Positions 46,061 through 58,979 of a DNA stretch of 64,000 nt are shown here, in pieces. Origin of the DNA: Marsupella aquatica (lineage: Eukaryota > Plantae > Marchantiophyta); the NCBI GenBank assembly GCA_973895155.1, contig OZ316897.1, positions 10,005,832 through 10,069,831 on the forward strand, written 5' to 3'. The notes under the pieces are model-generated. The model made no database searches. It worked only from the letters and a program-made list of their open reading frames with translations, and was not told where the DNA came from. Made by a program: the position numbers and the translations under genes. Numbering within the stretch: position 1 is the first letter of the stretch; each line of letters opens with the position of its first letter.

Positions 46061-48075
46061 AAAATTTATCATTGTTTTCAAGTGTATCTTAACTTCTGGT
46101 TCAATCATTTTCAGGTGTGATGAAACAACTCGGAGGCAATATGATTTCCTGATCGGTTTAAATCCATTGAGCATAACCCGAGTAGTTCGAGTTTGTGTTT
46201 CCAATGAGATCATTCAGCAATAAAAAAATCCGGATCTGATCGCGCTTACTATCTCTTACTTGGTTCAAAGTCGATGCTTATTTTATCCCACTCTCAAATG
46301 AGCAGCAACGAGGGGAACAACTCCAAAGAAAAACCAAAGGTCATGTCTCTTGGCTCTGGGATACTAGAGGACCTGATACCTTGCAAAATTGCCGCTGTAC
46401 ATAGTTTTGATGCTCTTGGGCTTAGGATCTGTGACCCCTTCTGAAAGCTTCATATTGCGGATTGCGGATTCAAGATTCAAGATTCAAGGTGCATGTACGT
46501 GTTGTTGAGCCATCCTAGTTTGATTACCGATTTGGTGTGCACAGTCTCTGCTAGCCTTGGAAACAACACGCAAATCAACGTGGCTGTGGGTTGGTGACGT
46601 TTCTTCAAATGTTCACAGAATCGCTTCCTAGTCTATCCCATGAAAATACTGATGTCTCACCTTCAGAATCCTTTCAACTGACATCCCTGGTAACTTCGAC
46701 GGTTAACCTTAGGTAATCTATGCTGCGAACTTGGTGCCCTTCAACTTTTGGTTGGATCCATTCATTGGCGTCTGTAATCTTCATGTAGTGTAGTGATATA
46801 CATTGTTTCTGGCACACAACACCTTGCATTCTAGGGCTAGTGTCCATGGCAATGTACAATCTTGCCTACCAATTTGATACTTGAGAATTCTTGCTACTCT
46901 TCCAGCCTCGTTTGACTCTAACGAGCCTCATTAGGTAAAGAAAATCCCATCTAGAAGCCGATAAGAGATTCGATAGGACAGTTTTCTCAACCATACCTTC
47001 AATAACTAGGCTCCAACCTGCGGTGCAACAGGCATCTGTCAGATCTATCTCGCCTACCAGTTCTCTACCGAGAAAATTCAGGTGTTATTGGATTTCCAAA
47101 CAACAGAATTCTTCGAATTCAATGTTGGTCTACTCCTCAATGTTTGTAATCTCAGGTCTTTTGTTTTGATATAATTTCGGACTGAAGTACTTTCCTTATT
47201 TATTGACAAGTCCAAATTTGCTGTCTTATTAGGATAGACAGTCAATTGGATGGAGCAAAACGTAGCACGTATTTTCACGTAAAAATTGGAATCGACATAT
47301 GACTGTAATAGAACCGTCTTTTGTTCTTGCGAAGGACTTTATGTCCATTGGAATCTATCTCCACCTAGACTGTGTTGTTTTAAGCTCCTTTCTCCACTTC
47401 CACAGCTTCCAATTTCGTACTGATTCTCGAAAGCAAATATCAATCCGCGCAAAAGGATATAGAATTTAGTTCTTCTCAAATCACTCTTTTCTGACTCAAG
47501 TTGATCATTAGCAAACTTTATCAGTATTTGATCACTGGGTTGGAATTTTATACTCTATAATAGCATGAGCAATAACTTTGCGAATTTTCATATGGCTTTG
47601 AGAGTTCTACAACTCCATCTCAGGACGGGAGATGGGCTACTGAACTTTCTATTGACCACTGTAGGCAGATACTTCTGCCTACCGTGTTATGTACGTCAGT
47701 GACTGGTTGTCCAGACGAACGTCGCCAATCCAAGCGAGTATTTATGGCATGTCCAAAGTATTTTACATGCTCAATGTTGAACTCTTAGTTTGTATCTTCA
47801 AGTTGAGAAACTATCCATCAAGTTAAATTTTTGGAACACATCAGAAAACAGAGTAGAGTCAACAGATTACACGACATTTTGAAGAGGACATCGTATATTT
47901 TCGTTCTTCGTCTTCATCAACATATGATAGTAAAATTTCTTGAATAAATCATATTTTCTAAGCTGAGCTAATCCCTAGAGAAACTGATTCCATCCTATAG
48001 CTTTTGGGAAGTTTAGTCCTTGCAGAGAAAGTTAAATCTGCATCGAGAAATAATAGCATAAAGTTACATATCCTC

Positions 48076-48510
48076 ATGGCTGGCACTGCTGGAAGGGAGG
48101 AGTTTACTGCCGAGTCTGGGAATGTTTCCAAGGGGCCTGAATGTAAGGCCAAAGCTGCTGCAGTGCTTCAAAAGTTCAAGATACCACTGGGTTTATTTCC
48201 ATTGTCGACCATTTCTGAATTTGGATATAATGAGTCCAGTGGGCTCTTCTGGATGAAACAAGCAAATCGGACCCAACAGGAGTTCCCGGAAGCAGAAGTA
48301 ATAGTGCATCATCAAAGTAAAGTTCACGGTTACATTGAGATGAATAGAATTCAAAAACTTGCGGGACTCAAACTGAAGGATTTCAAGGAGAGAAATCTCT
48401 TCATTTCAATGCCATACACTGAGATCAAAATTGATGGTGAACAAGTCATGCTCTTGAGTGAACATGCCAACCCCAAGTCTTTTCTTGCTTCTCTTTTTCG
48501 AGAAAAGTAG
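48076..48510 (+). CDS. DUF538-family protein, 144 aa
   Basis: A..VLQKFKIPLGLFPL...EFGYNESSGLFWMKQ...V.GYIE..RIQKLAGLK.K fits the DUF538 pattern. First ATG is at 48076. Confidence 0.8.
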   Translation: MAGTAGREEFTAESGNVSKGPECKAKAAAVLQKFKIPLGLFPLSTISEFGYNESSGLFWMKQANRTQQEFPEAEVIVHHQSKVHGYIEMNRIQKLAGLKLKDFKERNLFISMPYTEIKIDGEQVMLLSEHANPKSFLASLFREK

Positions 48511-50110
48511 ATGATGTAGCAAGTACCACGGCTACTAAACCAAGTCTGGCAGCGAACTAGCTCAAACATGTGACATGCAACATGACTCCTACGGTAACAC
48601 GTCCATTCTTGGACGAAATGTTTGTTAATAATTTCATGCTAAGCTGAGCGTGTGCTTATGTTCAAAGATTTATGTCAACATATCTGGGATACACGTAGCT
48701 AGGCTGGTCCCAGTCAGTGGACAGTCTGTTAGGTACAAATTACTCATCCCTTCGGCAGCGAATCTTTGTTCAAGCCCTTGGTTGAAAGTCAGGGGCAGCA
48801 GAGTCACCAAAGTTCCACACCAAGATTGATGTGGGATCTTTCTGTCATGAGATTGTAGATGCCATGGCTTGGATCAAAGTTACAGACTCTAGTAGGATTC
48901 CTACTATTGTGGGAGTGCGATCTGACATGGTTTGGGGTGAAAGTATAATCGATCTGGTGATTCTTTCACCGATCGCGGTTGATGGTTCAATTATTGAATT
49001 TGACGTAGTTTTCATGGTGTAAATCATCTTCATGACCACGGTATATAATTTTCAAACTTCCAGAGGACCCACATGATTTTGGAGACGTGACCAGTCACTT
49101 AAAATGATCCCGCACCAATCGGACTTCGATTGGTGGGATACCAATTATGCCGCCCAGAAGGTGACCTCATGGAATCGCTCACGACCAACTTATAATTTAA
49201 AGAAGGCAGCTCTGTGGATTCTCAGTACTACCTTCTATTCTACATCCCCCACATGGTTACTTCGGAGCAAATGCTCACCAACTAATATCATTGGGATCAA
49301 AGGTGGGAGTCCCAGGTACAAGCTTCTCCCTGCTAACTGCCCCGAAACCACAAGTGGACTGCTCGGAGTAGATTACACAATTTCCTAGACTAGACTGCTT
49401 CTGAACCGAATTCGCATGCTGATGATTGGAAAGATATTAGAGTAATACAATTAACTCTATGGCAAAACAAGCTCGCACAAATCAGTGCGGTGTGCGTATG
49501 CTTACCACACAACTAAAGAAAACGCCTACACTTTGCCTGTTTGCTATTGGGGGTCCTCCTTACGCCTAGCGGAAGCCGTGTTTTAAAAATAATAGATAAC
49601 AATAGTTCGAAGAGGGACAAAAATCCACAAGAATGAATCTGATGAATGAGAACCAGACACTAATATGTGATGGCGTTTTCAAAGTACTTTTCATAAGGCA
49701 TCCTAAACCGAGTTGTCGATTCAGTCGGAAATGGCTTCATGATTAAACTATTCCCCATGCGCGTATTATACGCAATATCAAAGCACAGGTACATGTAAAT
49801 CTTGCTAGAGACTGAAGTCATAGTCAGAGGTGTGGCCTTCATTTGATTCCCAAATTTCTCAGCCACTAGTGCTTGCTTATCTATCGTTGAAGCTATTTGA
49901 CCCCATCGGATTGTTTAGGAAGTTTTTATTGCTTCACAAAAGAATGATGTGTAACGGGAATAGGGCCAAGAGAATAGATACCCCATGAACTTTGGGGTGA
50001 ATGAATTGATTCTGACTCTCACCGTTCAGATTGCCAAAAATGAGATATCCGTAAAATCCTCGAAAGGTCTTTCGTCCCCTAAGTAGTATAATTGGAACAC
50101 CAGCACGAAC

Positions 50111-52133
50111 TCATTGCCTCAAACTCTCCACTACGTACTCAGCATACAGATCCCTGGAAAACAAGAACCAAAGTGCTCTGTTGTAAATTGAAGGCAAGAC
50201 TGAAATCCCGTGCCAATCCAGGGCTCCTCAAATCTCAACCAGAGAAAAGCAACTGGATACAGTGAATAACATGATAGCCATTGCATTCATTTCCTGTAGA
50301 GTAAAGACAACGATGCCTTGCAGACAGCGGGAGAACATTACAAGGGAACAGAAATAAACAAAACAACACAAAATAGTTACGGACATTGAGTGGCCAACAG
50401 CTGCAACAGCGTGTTCAGCTCCCAAAAACTCCTCGACTGCAACCTCTTTATTCTCTAGCTTCTTATCTGGTGATTTGTCAAGGCATCCACAGAGTTGTGC
50501 CTGTCATGTGTGCTCGCAGGTGATTGCATATGAAGACAAACCTTGTAGCTAGATATGAAAAGACATCTGGCAGAACCAATGACAACCTAAACCACCATAT
50601 CAATGTTTAGAGGATACAATCTTCAAAAAACCGTCGAATTTCTGCAAGCCGATGTGGTGGTAGCTCCTTGATGTCCGTGTAGTGACGATATTCAGGGTCA
50701 TCCGCGCACACGGCTATGATTTTGTCATCTTTCTCGCCCTGGGAAATATCCAAGCTACGAGGTCAGACCAAACCTCACGACATCGTTAAAGAAGGTAGCC
50801 TCCTACTGACTGTTAGGCCGTCATAAATTTTGGGGAAGGAGCTGGCATCCCTTGTACGCCAAGGAGAGTTCAAAATGGGGTCAGAGAATGTACCTGGTCG
50901 ATCATGGGCATGAGCCCGATAGCCTTAGCACGGAGGAAGCAACCAGGAAGGACGGGTTCCTGTTTCATGGGCAATCAGGTTGTTCATTATCTTGAACTTT
51001 AAAGCATCAGTATCCCCGTAAACATGTTTTCAGCGTTTCAAACCACCATTACAGCAGAGAGACGTGGCCAACAACTTGCAAAAATGAGTAATATTTGAAG
51101 AGGGTGCAACAGATGTACGGTGTTCTCTCACGAAGGCAAAGACTACAAACCTGCATCAGGACCAACACGTCCAATGGGTCATTGTCTTCACAGAGGGTCC
51201 TTGGGATGAATCCATAGTTCTGAGGATAGACCACGGACGAGTACAACACCCGGTCGACCTGTAACAACGATACAGGAAAATTAGCAACAAAGAAATGTAC
51301 CAACGGCCAAAGATCCTCTGATAATTGCAATTCAAGTTCTCTGTCCTGGGCCATCTACATGTTTGCAAGTCAGATGCCATTCTTACCAATTTACTCAGAA
51401 TACAGCCAGCTAGACTGCCAAAGGGTATAAACTGTCTACCTTGATCAGACCGCTGTTCTTGTCCAGCTCATATTTCACCTTGCCTCCCTTGCCGATCTCT
51501 ACAACCTGTGTGGAATCCATGAAATACACAGTGAATAGGAATTCCTCTCCAGTTTCGAATCTACCCACAATTCTCACGAGAAGGCAACTCGGTGGTGTAG
51601 CCATCACCATTGCCATTTAGTGGCAAGAAAGTTACCACCTTAGATTAAATCCGATGCGGAAACCGACAAGCACATCGCATGATTAGGAAACAGAGGGACC
51701 AGTCGATCCAAGAACACAAGGACACTATCCACGATGCCAAATTCGTGCAGGATACGTGGAGGGTAGTGATCCATTACCATGTTAAAGATCTTTGGTGCCT
51801 CAGGCCCTGTGCTCAGAATGCAACGAGTTAACTCGCGTTAGTAAGAGAAATCAGCATCCAAAGCTGCTGTTTTTTACTAATGGAGTCAAGAAAGAGATAA
51901 TTATGTGCAATGGAGGACCGTGATCTCGAGTGGACCGAGTACCAGATCCACTTACCAATCTCCAGATCGTGCCATGGGTGTGCCGCAACAGATCGCTTAC
52001 TCATTGATTCAAGAACTCCTTTATTCAGAACGGCTGTAGGACCGCGGGAAGTCTTGGCCGGCACCTTAGTGCTGCCGTTGGAAACAGGTTTCGAGACGGG
52101 AACCGAATCGATCTTGGCCACCTGGGTAGTCAT
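50111..52133 (-). CDS. PPa: Soluble inorganic pyrophosphatase (family I), ~8 coding exons
   Basis: Exon peptides [13 protein letters not shown] / PEAPKIFN / [16 protein letters not shown] / [36 protein letters not shown] / [22 protein letters not shown] / [17 protein letters not shown] / [10 protein letters not shown] / [13 protein letters not shown]. Confidence 0.95.
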
Positions 52134-53439
52134 TGGTTTCCCTTTTATGTCCAGAAGCCAGTCAGCTCAGGAAAGAATTGGTCAAGATTAGGAAAGAATT
52201 GGTCGAGCTTGACAGACAATGCCTCGAACTTCAGGATCTTGGCTACTCTCCGGAGTAGCTGCAGTTATATCAAACACATGAAGTTCGCAGCGAAACGCCT
52301 CAATACCAGATCTGCGAATCAACATGAGGCAGAAAGAAAATTAAAATGCGGGGAAGAATAAATGTCAGAATCTCCATTTCGGGAAGAAAATGTGACCCTC
52401 TATAAATAGAAGTCAGTGCATCGGCAAAACACGCAGATCTTCCAACATGAGCGATTTTGAGGGGAATCCGCGCCACATGCACAGAGTAGACACGACAATT
52501 TGGACAATAGCGAAACAACAATAAAAGTACCATTTAAATCAACAAACCCCGACCGTTGTACTGGATGAAACGACCCCTCATTTCAAATAGATCCCTACCT
52601 CACGACCTCTACCGATGGGATTTCTTAGCTCAATGAACGACCGGCTGACCTTAAACGAAAAATGTCATCTCCACATATCAATGGATTTTGGGCAGTGACA
52701 CCTCAAGAGCGACTGACAATTAGCATTCTCTCTGCCATTCTCATCCGAACCAGATGAACGATGACCTTGAAGAAAGAAGACGAACTGGAGTATTCGGCGC
52801 TTCTTTACTAGAATGCAGGCAGATTAGAAAATCTTGGGACCTCTAAATTCACCTCAACAAAGAAACGTCATATTCTTAAGTTATCAAGAGGCACACAAAC
52901 GGACCAACCTGACTGCTCCACGACTTTGAAAAAACCAATTCCAACAACACAGACCTTAAGGAAAACTTCAGTGTGTTTATTCGAGGCAAAAAAAAACTTC
53001 GTTCCTTCTCCTCCATCAGGGAGCAAGATCCAAGAACCATAACGGTGAGAACATTTCACAGACCCAAACATAGACTTCTCAAAAAGAATAAGTGGCCTGC
53101 GACAGATCCCAAATGCGACTTGATCGACCACATGGCAGATCCACGTATTACAAACCTCAAGCTTTAATGAACTCACCTCATACGATTGCTCTGCTCCCCG
53201 AATAGACGACTACCAGCAGAGCAGACTGATCTTCAGCAAGTTATCAACGGCAACCACATCATCCACTTTCCAATGCAGTCTCCAACGACAATGAGTCGGG
53301 CAATTCAAGGCAAGGCAAACACACCTGGATCGATCGATTGATACTCCTCTCCCCAACGTGGTCACCACCGAATCCGAAGTCAACGACGGATCGACACTAA
53401 CGAACATTCGCATCTGAATCGCAAAAAGCACATTCAACC

Positions 53440-53780
53440 TCAATCAACCCATCACTCAATCACTCACTCATTCACTCCCTCACTCACTCACTCCGTCTCG
53501 ACGTCCCCCAAAACGTGCATAATTTGGCGGCCAGCGAATTGCGGCTCCTCTCTCGCAAAATCAGTGTGTGAGTGAGTGATGAGTCCAGCGTGGATCCAGT
53601 GCTCCATAGACCGATTCGATTGCGAGGCGCTTTTTCGAATTTGGAGGGAGGGAGGGAGGGAGGAGTCTGTTGCTGCTGTCCTTACCCACTCAATCAATTG
53701 CCTCAATCAATTCCCTCAATCAATTCCCTCAATCAATTGCCTCAAGCAACTATTCAATCAATTGCCTCAATCAACAATTG
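53440..53780. repeat. (CACT)n microsatellite and 13-bp CAATTGCCTCAAT minisatellite in the PPa 5' region
   Basis: cactcactca array at 53452-53491; caattgcctcaat/caattccctcaat units at 53695-53772. Confidence 0.8.
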
Positions 53781-55723
53781 AAGTTGCTCGTGTGTTCGCC
53801 GTGGAACAAGTATGAAGGATTATTGCACGTATCTTGTGGACAGGCCACAAACACGGAAACTGACTACGTATAAGGACGCGCGTGACAGTAGCATACTGCC
53901 ATCAGAGCGCAATTAAAACATATTCCCAAAAAGAGAATCTGATTTCTAATACTCTTTGTTTTCTAATACTCTTGGAGTGAGCCAAAAGAGAGAAAAAGAT
54001 CTTAAAAGTGAAAAGCCTAAAAGCATCAACCATTTTAGTTGAGAAGTAGACAAAATACTTGATAGTAAACAAGTGAAGGGAAAATGAGTGGAAACACTCA
54101 CTACATGACACTGTAAGTTGAAAGCCGAAAGAATATATAGAAAGTGAATAAAAAAGGAATGAAAAGGACACGAAGTCCAAACTTTACGTTAAATGACAAA
54201 AGAGAAGATGATAATCAAAGAACTTTAGTATGATTCTGCTCAACTTTACACTCTGCATATATGACAAAATTAACACAAGCCATCTCAAATTTTAGAGTAC
54301 CAATCCAAGTTTTTGTTTTGCATGGATACTTGACAACACAACTTTAGCAATCTAAGATTAGAAGGTTAGTCTATTTGCATGGAGAACATAACTTTATCAA
54401 TTTGCCAATTTGCAAAGATTAAAGAAATGTTCTCTTGCATTGAGCCTATGGGTAAACCTCCTTAACAAGTCATCTTCATTTGGAAACCAAGACTTGCAAG
54501 GACTCATCAAATAAAGTTAAAGATACTCTGATGGCAGTATGCGTGCATTGTTGGAGTATGAGTGATTTATAGATGTTTTGCTCAAAAACAATTTTGCGCA
54601 TAAACTCCCACCAAATATATTCATGATCAGTGAAGATTGGAAACAAACAAAAAACCGCATGAGTGCATTGCCAATACAAAAATTTGTCACTTTGCTCTCT
54701 TGTAGTGGGCGTAGTCAAATGGTAGTACAATATAGTCCAGAACCATGTATTATGACACTGCCTTGGTACAGTATGGAATACACTAAGTTCAAAAAAGTAC
54801 AAATCTTCTTCTTCAAAAACCTTTGGTGGGCCTTAATTTGGAGAGATATACTTAGTGGACCTCCGAACACAACGTTTTTACTTAACAGACCAAAAGTTGC
54901 ACACTCTCTCCTTGAGAGTGTACACAAAGTTTCAGATTCTCTCCCAATGGACCTACGGGCCCACTCCATACAACAATGTTCTTGTGAAACACTTTACCAC
55001 ACAGTTCAGGTTCACTGCAAACCTTGTGGACACGGTGGTTGGTTGGGTGTAGTAGGCTGACAATAATACCATAGTGCATGGATTGCACAACCGCCATAGC
55101 CCCTGGCCGCAATGGAGCATTGTAGCATCGCAGCGCCATGGCTTCCCAGTTTTGTTGAATACAAAATGGCTATTGTATTCAAACTACAATTGAATGAGTT
55201 TGCGGCGGCATCAGAGCACACAAGCGCCGTTGTGCCCCGACCTCTTAGCTTTCCATAATACTGACATTGTCACTTTAGTATTTAAGATACAAATGAAATA
55301 GTTTACTACTGCATTGGAGCTTGCAGTACCTCACCCAACCTGCTTGCTTTATGAAGGCATTGTCCGTACGCTATACATGTAGCAAGGTGATAAAGAGATA
55401 AATGACTATTTATTCCTTAACAACTTGATTTCGTTCCGGTTAGGAGTGGATAAGATCGAAAAGACCTAATTAACACAATTTGAGAAGTTTACACCAACTT
55501 TCTTAGGTTGGAGAGATTTCTAATGATCTCCTTAACATAAGTGTTTAACCACAAACTCAAGTGGGTAATCCTTAGGATTCACAGTGCAATAATAAAGTCT
55601 AGAATTAACAAAGATTGAAACTAGAGAGAGAGTAGATAGGAGTTTTCAAAGTGCAAGGGAATTGAATTTCTGACCATCACCACTCCTTCAATAAGGATTA
55701 TGGCCTAATTTAAGATTCAGAAA

Positions 55724-56077
55724 TCAACATTTTCTATGCTTTTTGATTTCTCGTAGCAACTCTTCTCCATCTATTGAATTTAGAAGACAACAATGTAAAT
55801 CAACCCGGGACACTTTTCTGGTCTTGTTAAGGACGGTACTAGGATACTCGAATTGGTTTACTTCTCCTACAATCCTTAAGATTGCTTGTTTGAGTTTTGT
55901 GCAAATGTCAATTTCCTCTTTGGTGAATCTTCCAAATGTATTGATCACAAATCTCATTGATCTTTCAATATCATTAAGGCACACTCTAGCATTCATTGAA
56001 CACTTCACAACAACTCAAGGGTTGCTAAACTTCTTCCTTTTACTCAACCATGGTAAAAAGAAGGGAAGAAAAGACAT
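55724..56077 (-). pseudogene. Possible second small accessory ORF (~117 codons) broken by one TGA
   Basis: The frame reads MSFLPFFLPWLSKRKKFSNP*VVVKCSMNARVCL...EIKKHRKC*. No family recognised. Confidence 0.3.
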
Positions 56078-56364
56078 AGATTCCTTCAAAGGCAATGAGG
56101 AAATCAAAATGTATGTTTTCTCTCCTGGTTGACTTTGGGTTCTCCTCCTTTTGTACTAAAGTGGAGATTATGAAAAGACAAGCCTCTTCAAAAACCCAAG
56201 TCTAAAGAAATATGTAAATAAAAAGTGAACTATCCTAGTCAAAAATGGAGTAGAGTCTCCAATGGATACATCAACAAAATACTGGAGTCTACTTACTCAT
56301 ATACTAGTCTATATAGCTATTTCTAAGTCTAAACTAATGTGGCTCTAACTTTCTAAATATAACT

Positions 56365-58251
56365 CTATTCTGGTCCTAGCTTTTGGGAAGGAACCTCCTC
56401 AGGGTTAGCCATGGCAAGGGGTTCTGGTCGAAGGAAAACTCCCTGCTGGCCAGTGGTAAAAGGGATGGACGGGTCAGTATCCATGTTCTCCTGATGGGCA
56501 CTTGGGTCATGAGAATAAGTGTAAGAATGGGAGTGGAAGTGTGTACTGGGAGTGGGGAAACCAGGAGGGTTGAGGGGTGATGAGGGGCCAGTGGAATAGA
56601 CTCCTTCATGAGGACTAGGAGAGAAAGATCTGGTAGTAAAGGGAGGAATCTCAGTATCAGCTAATAGCTCCTCAGTAGTCAAGTCACTCATCTCCCTTAA
56701 GACTTCACAGGTCTTTGAGAGGCCTGTAAGTGCATCATCCACCTTGGTACTCACATCTACCACTAAATGGTTAATCTTGGAGAAAAGGATGGGTGTGGTG
56801 TTCTTGGCCAAATACTCATCATAAATTTGGGCCTTAAGAAGATCCAGAGAAGCTATCTTAGTCAAAGGCTCAATCAGATCCAAAGATTGAGTGATACTGA
56901 GTTGGAGAGTATGCTCAAGCTCATTCTTCTTCTTACTCCTTTCCAACTGCTGTTTGAGTTCAGATACCTTCTTCTTGAGGAACTCATTCTCCTTCTCTAA
57001 CTTCCTCTTATCTGTGGCATCACTCATGGTGGAGATCTTCTCAAGAATCTGTCCTGGTTTTACTCCTAACTTCTGAGAAATGTCAGTGATGGCCTTCTCC
57101 ATCACAATGGTCTTCCTCTTCACCTTCTGGAATGTGTCTGAGATGATCTGGAAATCAGCTAGGGTGTCTAGGGAGGCATGGTCGGGTGCATCCAGAAATT
57201 CAGCCGGGTCGACGAAGGCCGGGTCGGAAAAGTCCGGGTCGAGGTTCCGGGCAGCAGATCGGGTCTTTCGAGGATTTGTCTCTGTTGGCTCCTCATCCTC
57301 ACTGTCATCAGAGGTGGTCTGGGTGATATCTGGATCTGTCTCTCCATACTTGATGAAGTTGTACTTGGCCAATAGTAATTTCTTCTCCTCTCTGAACAAA
57401 ACTCCTTCAAAGCTATATAGATGTACCAGGTAGCAGGAGAGGGGAGTAGGACTCTTGTTGGATAGGTTCTGTACCAACTTCCTTATCAAATCAAAGATAA
57501 GCTTAGCCCAGTTGACTTTTCTTTCTCCCTTGTAAGCAGCAACAATGGTAGAGCCAACTCCAACAGTAACTCTTCTTGGCTTCTCAGGGTACAACAGGGG
57601 TAGCAGAAAGCTGAAGACTTGTCTCAGATCAGGATCCAAACACTTAGAAACATTGAACCCGTCCTTACTGTTGATGGCTCCTTTGAAGTAAGGGAGGATT
57701 AGATTGACAGCTCTCCCCACTGGACCTTCTCCTTCATCTTCCAATACAAAAGCTCCTGCAATCATCATCTGAGTCCATCGCTCAGGTCGGCCTCTGGAGG
57801 TATCCTTAAACTCAGCCGGATACTCCTTGGATCGGATCTCTCTGATCATATCTTCGCTCTGATAACTCCAGGGTAGCTCCATCAGAGACTCACAGCCCAT
57901 CCTGAGCAAAGACTCCCTCAGTTTGACCTTCTCAGCTTCACTGTCCGGAATAGCTGGCCTCAGAATTTTCATGGCAACGGGGACCTCCTTTCTCTTCGAT
58001 CGTCTCACAGGGGCTTTAACCGGAGTAGGTGCAGGTGATGTTGAGGTTGAATGCCCCTTAGAGACGCGAGAAGTGGACATTCTGGCTGGATCCGCCCCTT
58101 GCTCCATAGGATTTCTGGAAGCAGAAAATTGATTTCTGGTAAATGTTCTGCCTCCTCTACGGCAAGCTCTACAATGTTGCGACTTCAGAATGTTCAATCT
58201 CTTCGATGTCGACCACTGGTAGAAATGTCCGGGTCGACCTGGCCGCAGCAT
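56365..58251 (-). CDS. Retrotransposon accessory ORF of unknown function (628 aa; alternative start ATG 58107)
   Basis: Long uninterrupted ORF with a globular core (RGRPERWT, SKDGF, FLLPLLYPEKPRRVT, VNWAKLI, YLVHLY), an acidic linker, a predicted coiled coil (KRKLEKENEFLKKKVSELKQQLE) and a Pro/Ser tail. TATA-like GATATAAGG at ~58665 (-). Confidence 0.75.
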   Translation of the reverse strand: MLRPGRPGHFYQWSTSKRLNILKSQHCRACRRGGRTFTRNQFSASRNPMEQGADPARMSTSRVSKGHSTSTSPAPTPVKAPVRRSKRKEVPVAMKILRPAIPDSEAEKVKLRESLLRMGCESLMELPWSYQSEDMIREIRSKEYPAEFKDTSRGRPERWTQMMIAGAFVLEDEGEGPVGRAVNLILPYFKGAINSKDGFNVSKCLDPDLRQVFSFLLPLLYPEKPRRVTVGVGSTIVAAYKGERKVNWAKLIFDLIRKLVQNLSNKSPTPLSCYLVHLYSFEGVLFREEKKLLLAKYNFIKYGETDPDITQTTSDDSEDEEPTETNPRKTRSAARNLDPDFSDPAFVDPAEFLDAPDHASLDTLADFQIISDTFQKVKRKTIVMEKAITDISQKLGVKPGQILEKISTMSDATDKRKLEKENEFLKKKVSELKQQLERSKKKNELEHTLQLSITQSLDLIEPLTKIASLDLLKAQIYDEYLAKNTTPILFSKINHLVVDVSTKVDDALTGLSKTCEVLREMSDLTTEELLADTEIPPFTTRSFSPSPHEGVYSTGPSSPLNPPGFPTPSTHFHSHSYTYSHDPSAHQENMDTDPSIPFTTGQQGVFLRPEPLAMANPEEVPSQKLGPE

Positions 58252-58979
58252 TTCTGATCAACTGAAAATCATTTCGGAAGAATTGCATCAAGATTTCGTC
58301 AACCACAATGCAGGGTCATCTAACGTGGAGAAAATCTGGACTCAATCGGGCCTGAAATGGTGATGTTCGGGTCGGCCTGGCCTCCCTTCTCACAACCGAT
58401 GTATTCACGATCAAGATCTCAAACTTCCTGCCTTCACTTCCAGCGGTGGAGTAGGCATTCCCCTCACAACGAATCAGTCAGTACCCTCATATCCAGGCTC
58501 TCATCATGCAATGCAAGATTGGTCCTATAATCCGGACCCAAGATCCTCTACCAAAATGGTAGAGCCTCCTCACTCTACTGCTTAAACAGCCTAATGCACT
58601 CGGGAGCTCAAAACCTACTAAGTTCGACTGTGAGAGGTGTGAGAGGCCGGATCGACTCTCCTTCCTTATATCCGGATTTGACTGTGGTCGTGCCTATGTT
58701 TGACTTATGGTTTTAAAAACTTTGGCAATGGACAGCTGTTGTTGAGTAGAGTCTTGGTATAAGCTTTATATCTCATTCCAGGCTTATAGTAAAAAGTTTC
58801 GGGTTCATATTCCTTCTCTAATATCAATCCGGGTTGACCTCAGATCAGTTTGAAAGTCTCATAACACTTCAAAGTAGTCTTCAGGTCTCTCTTCAGCCTT
58901 ATTTGAGATCTTAAACGTAAAAATTCTAAAATTTATGGTTAGTTAACCCTTCTTTTATAAACATCCTTATGTCACATAG

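Larger units (their letters stand above)
53881..58976 (-). repeat. Putative ~5.1-kb 3' LTR
   Basis: Starts TGTGACA directly after the PPT. The best inverted partner found is TGTCACG ending at 53881. TATA-like CTATAAAT at 54565-54572 (-) precedes a T-rich R/U5-like tract. The 5' LTR is not available to confirm the boundaries. Confidence 0.55.

Noticed and set aside
10052-52133. Three phosphatase-type genes (DUF212, MDP1, PPa) as a functional cluster
   Set aside because: Unrelated folds, spread over 40 kb with unrelated genes between, and no shared regulatory signal seen.
54476-55221. Overlapping 65-160-aa ORFs in the distal LTR region
   Set aside because: Mostly non-ATG starts, no recognisable domain, and consistent with chance ORFs.
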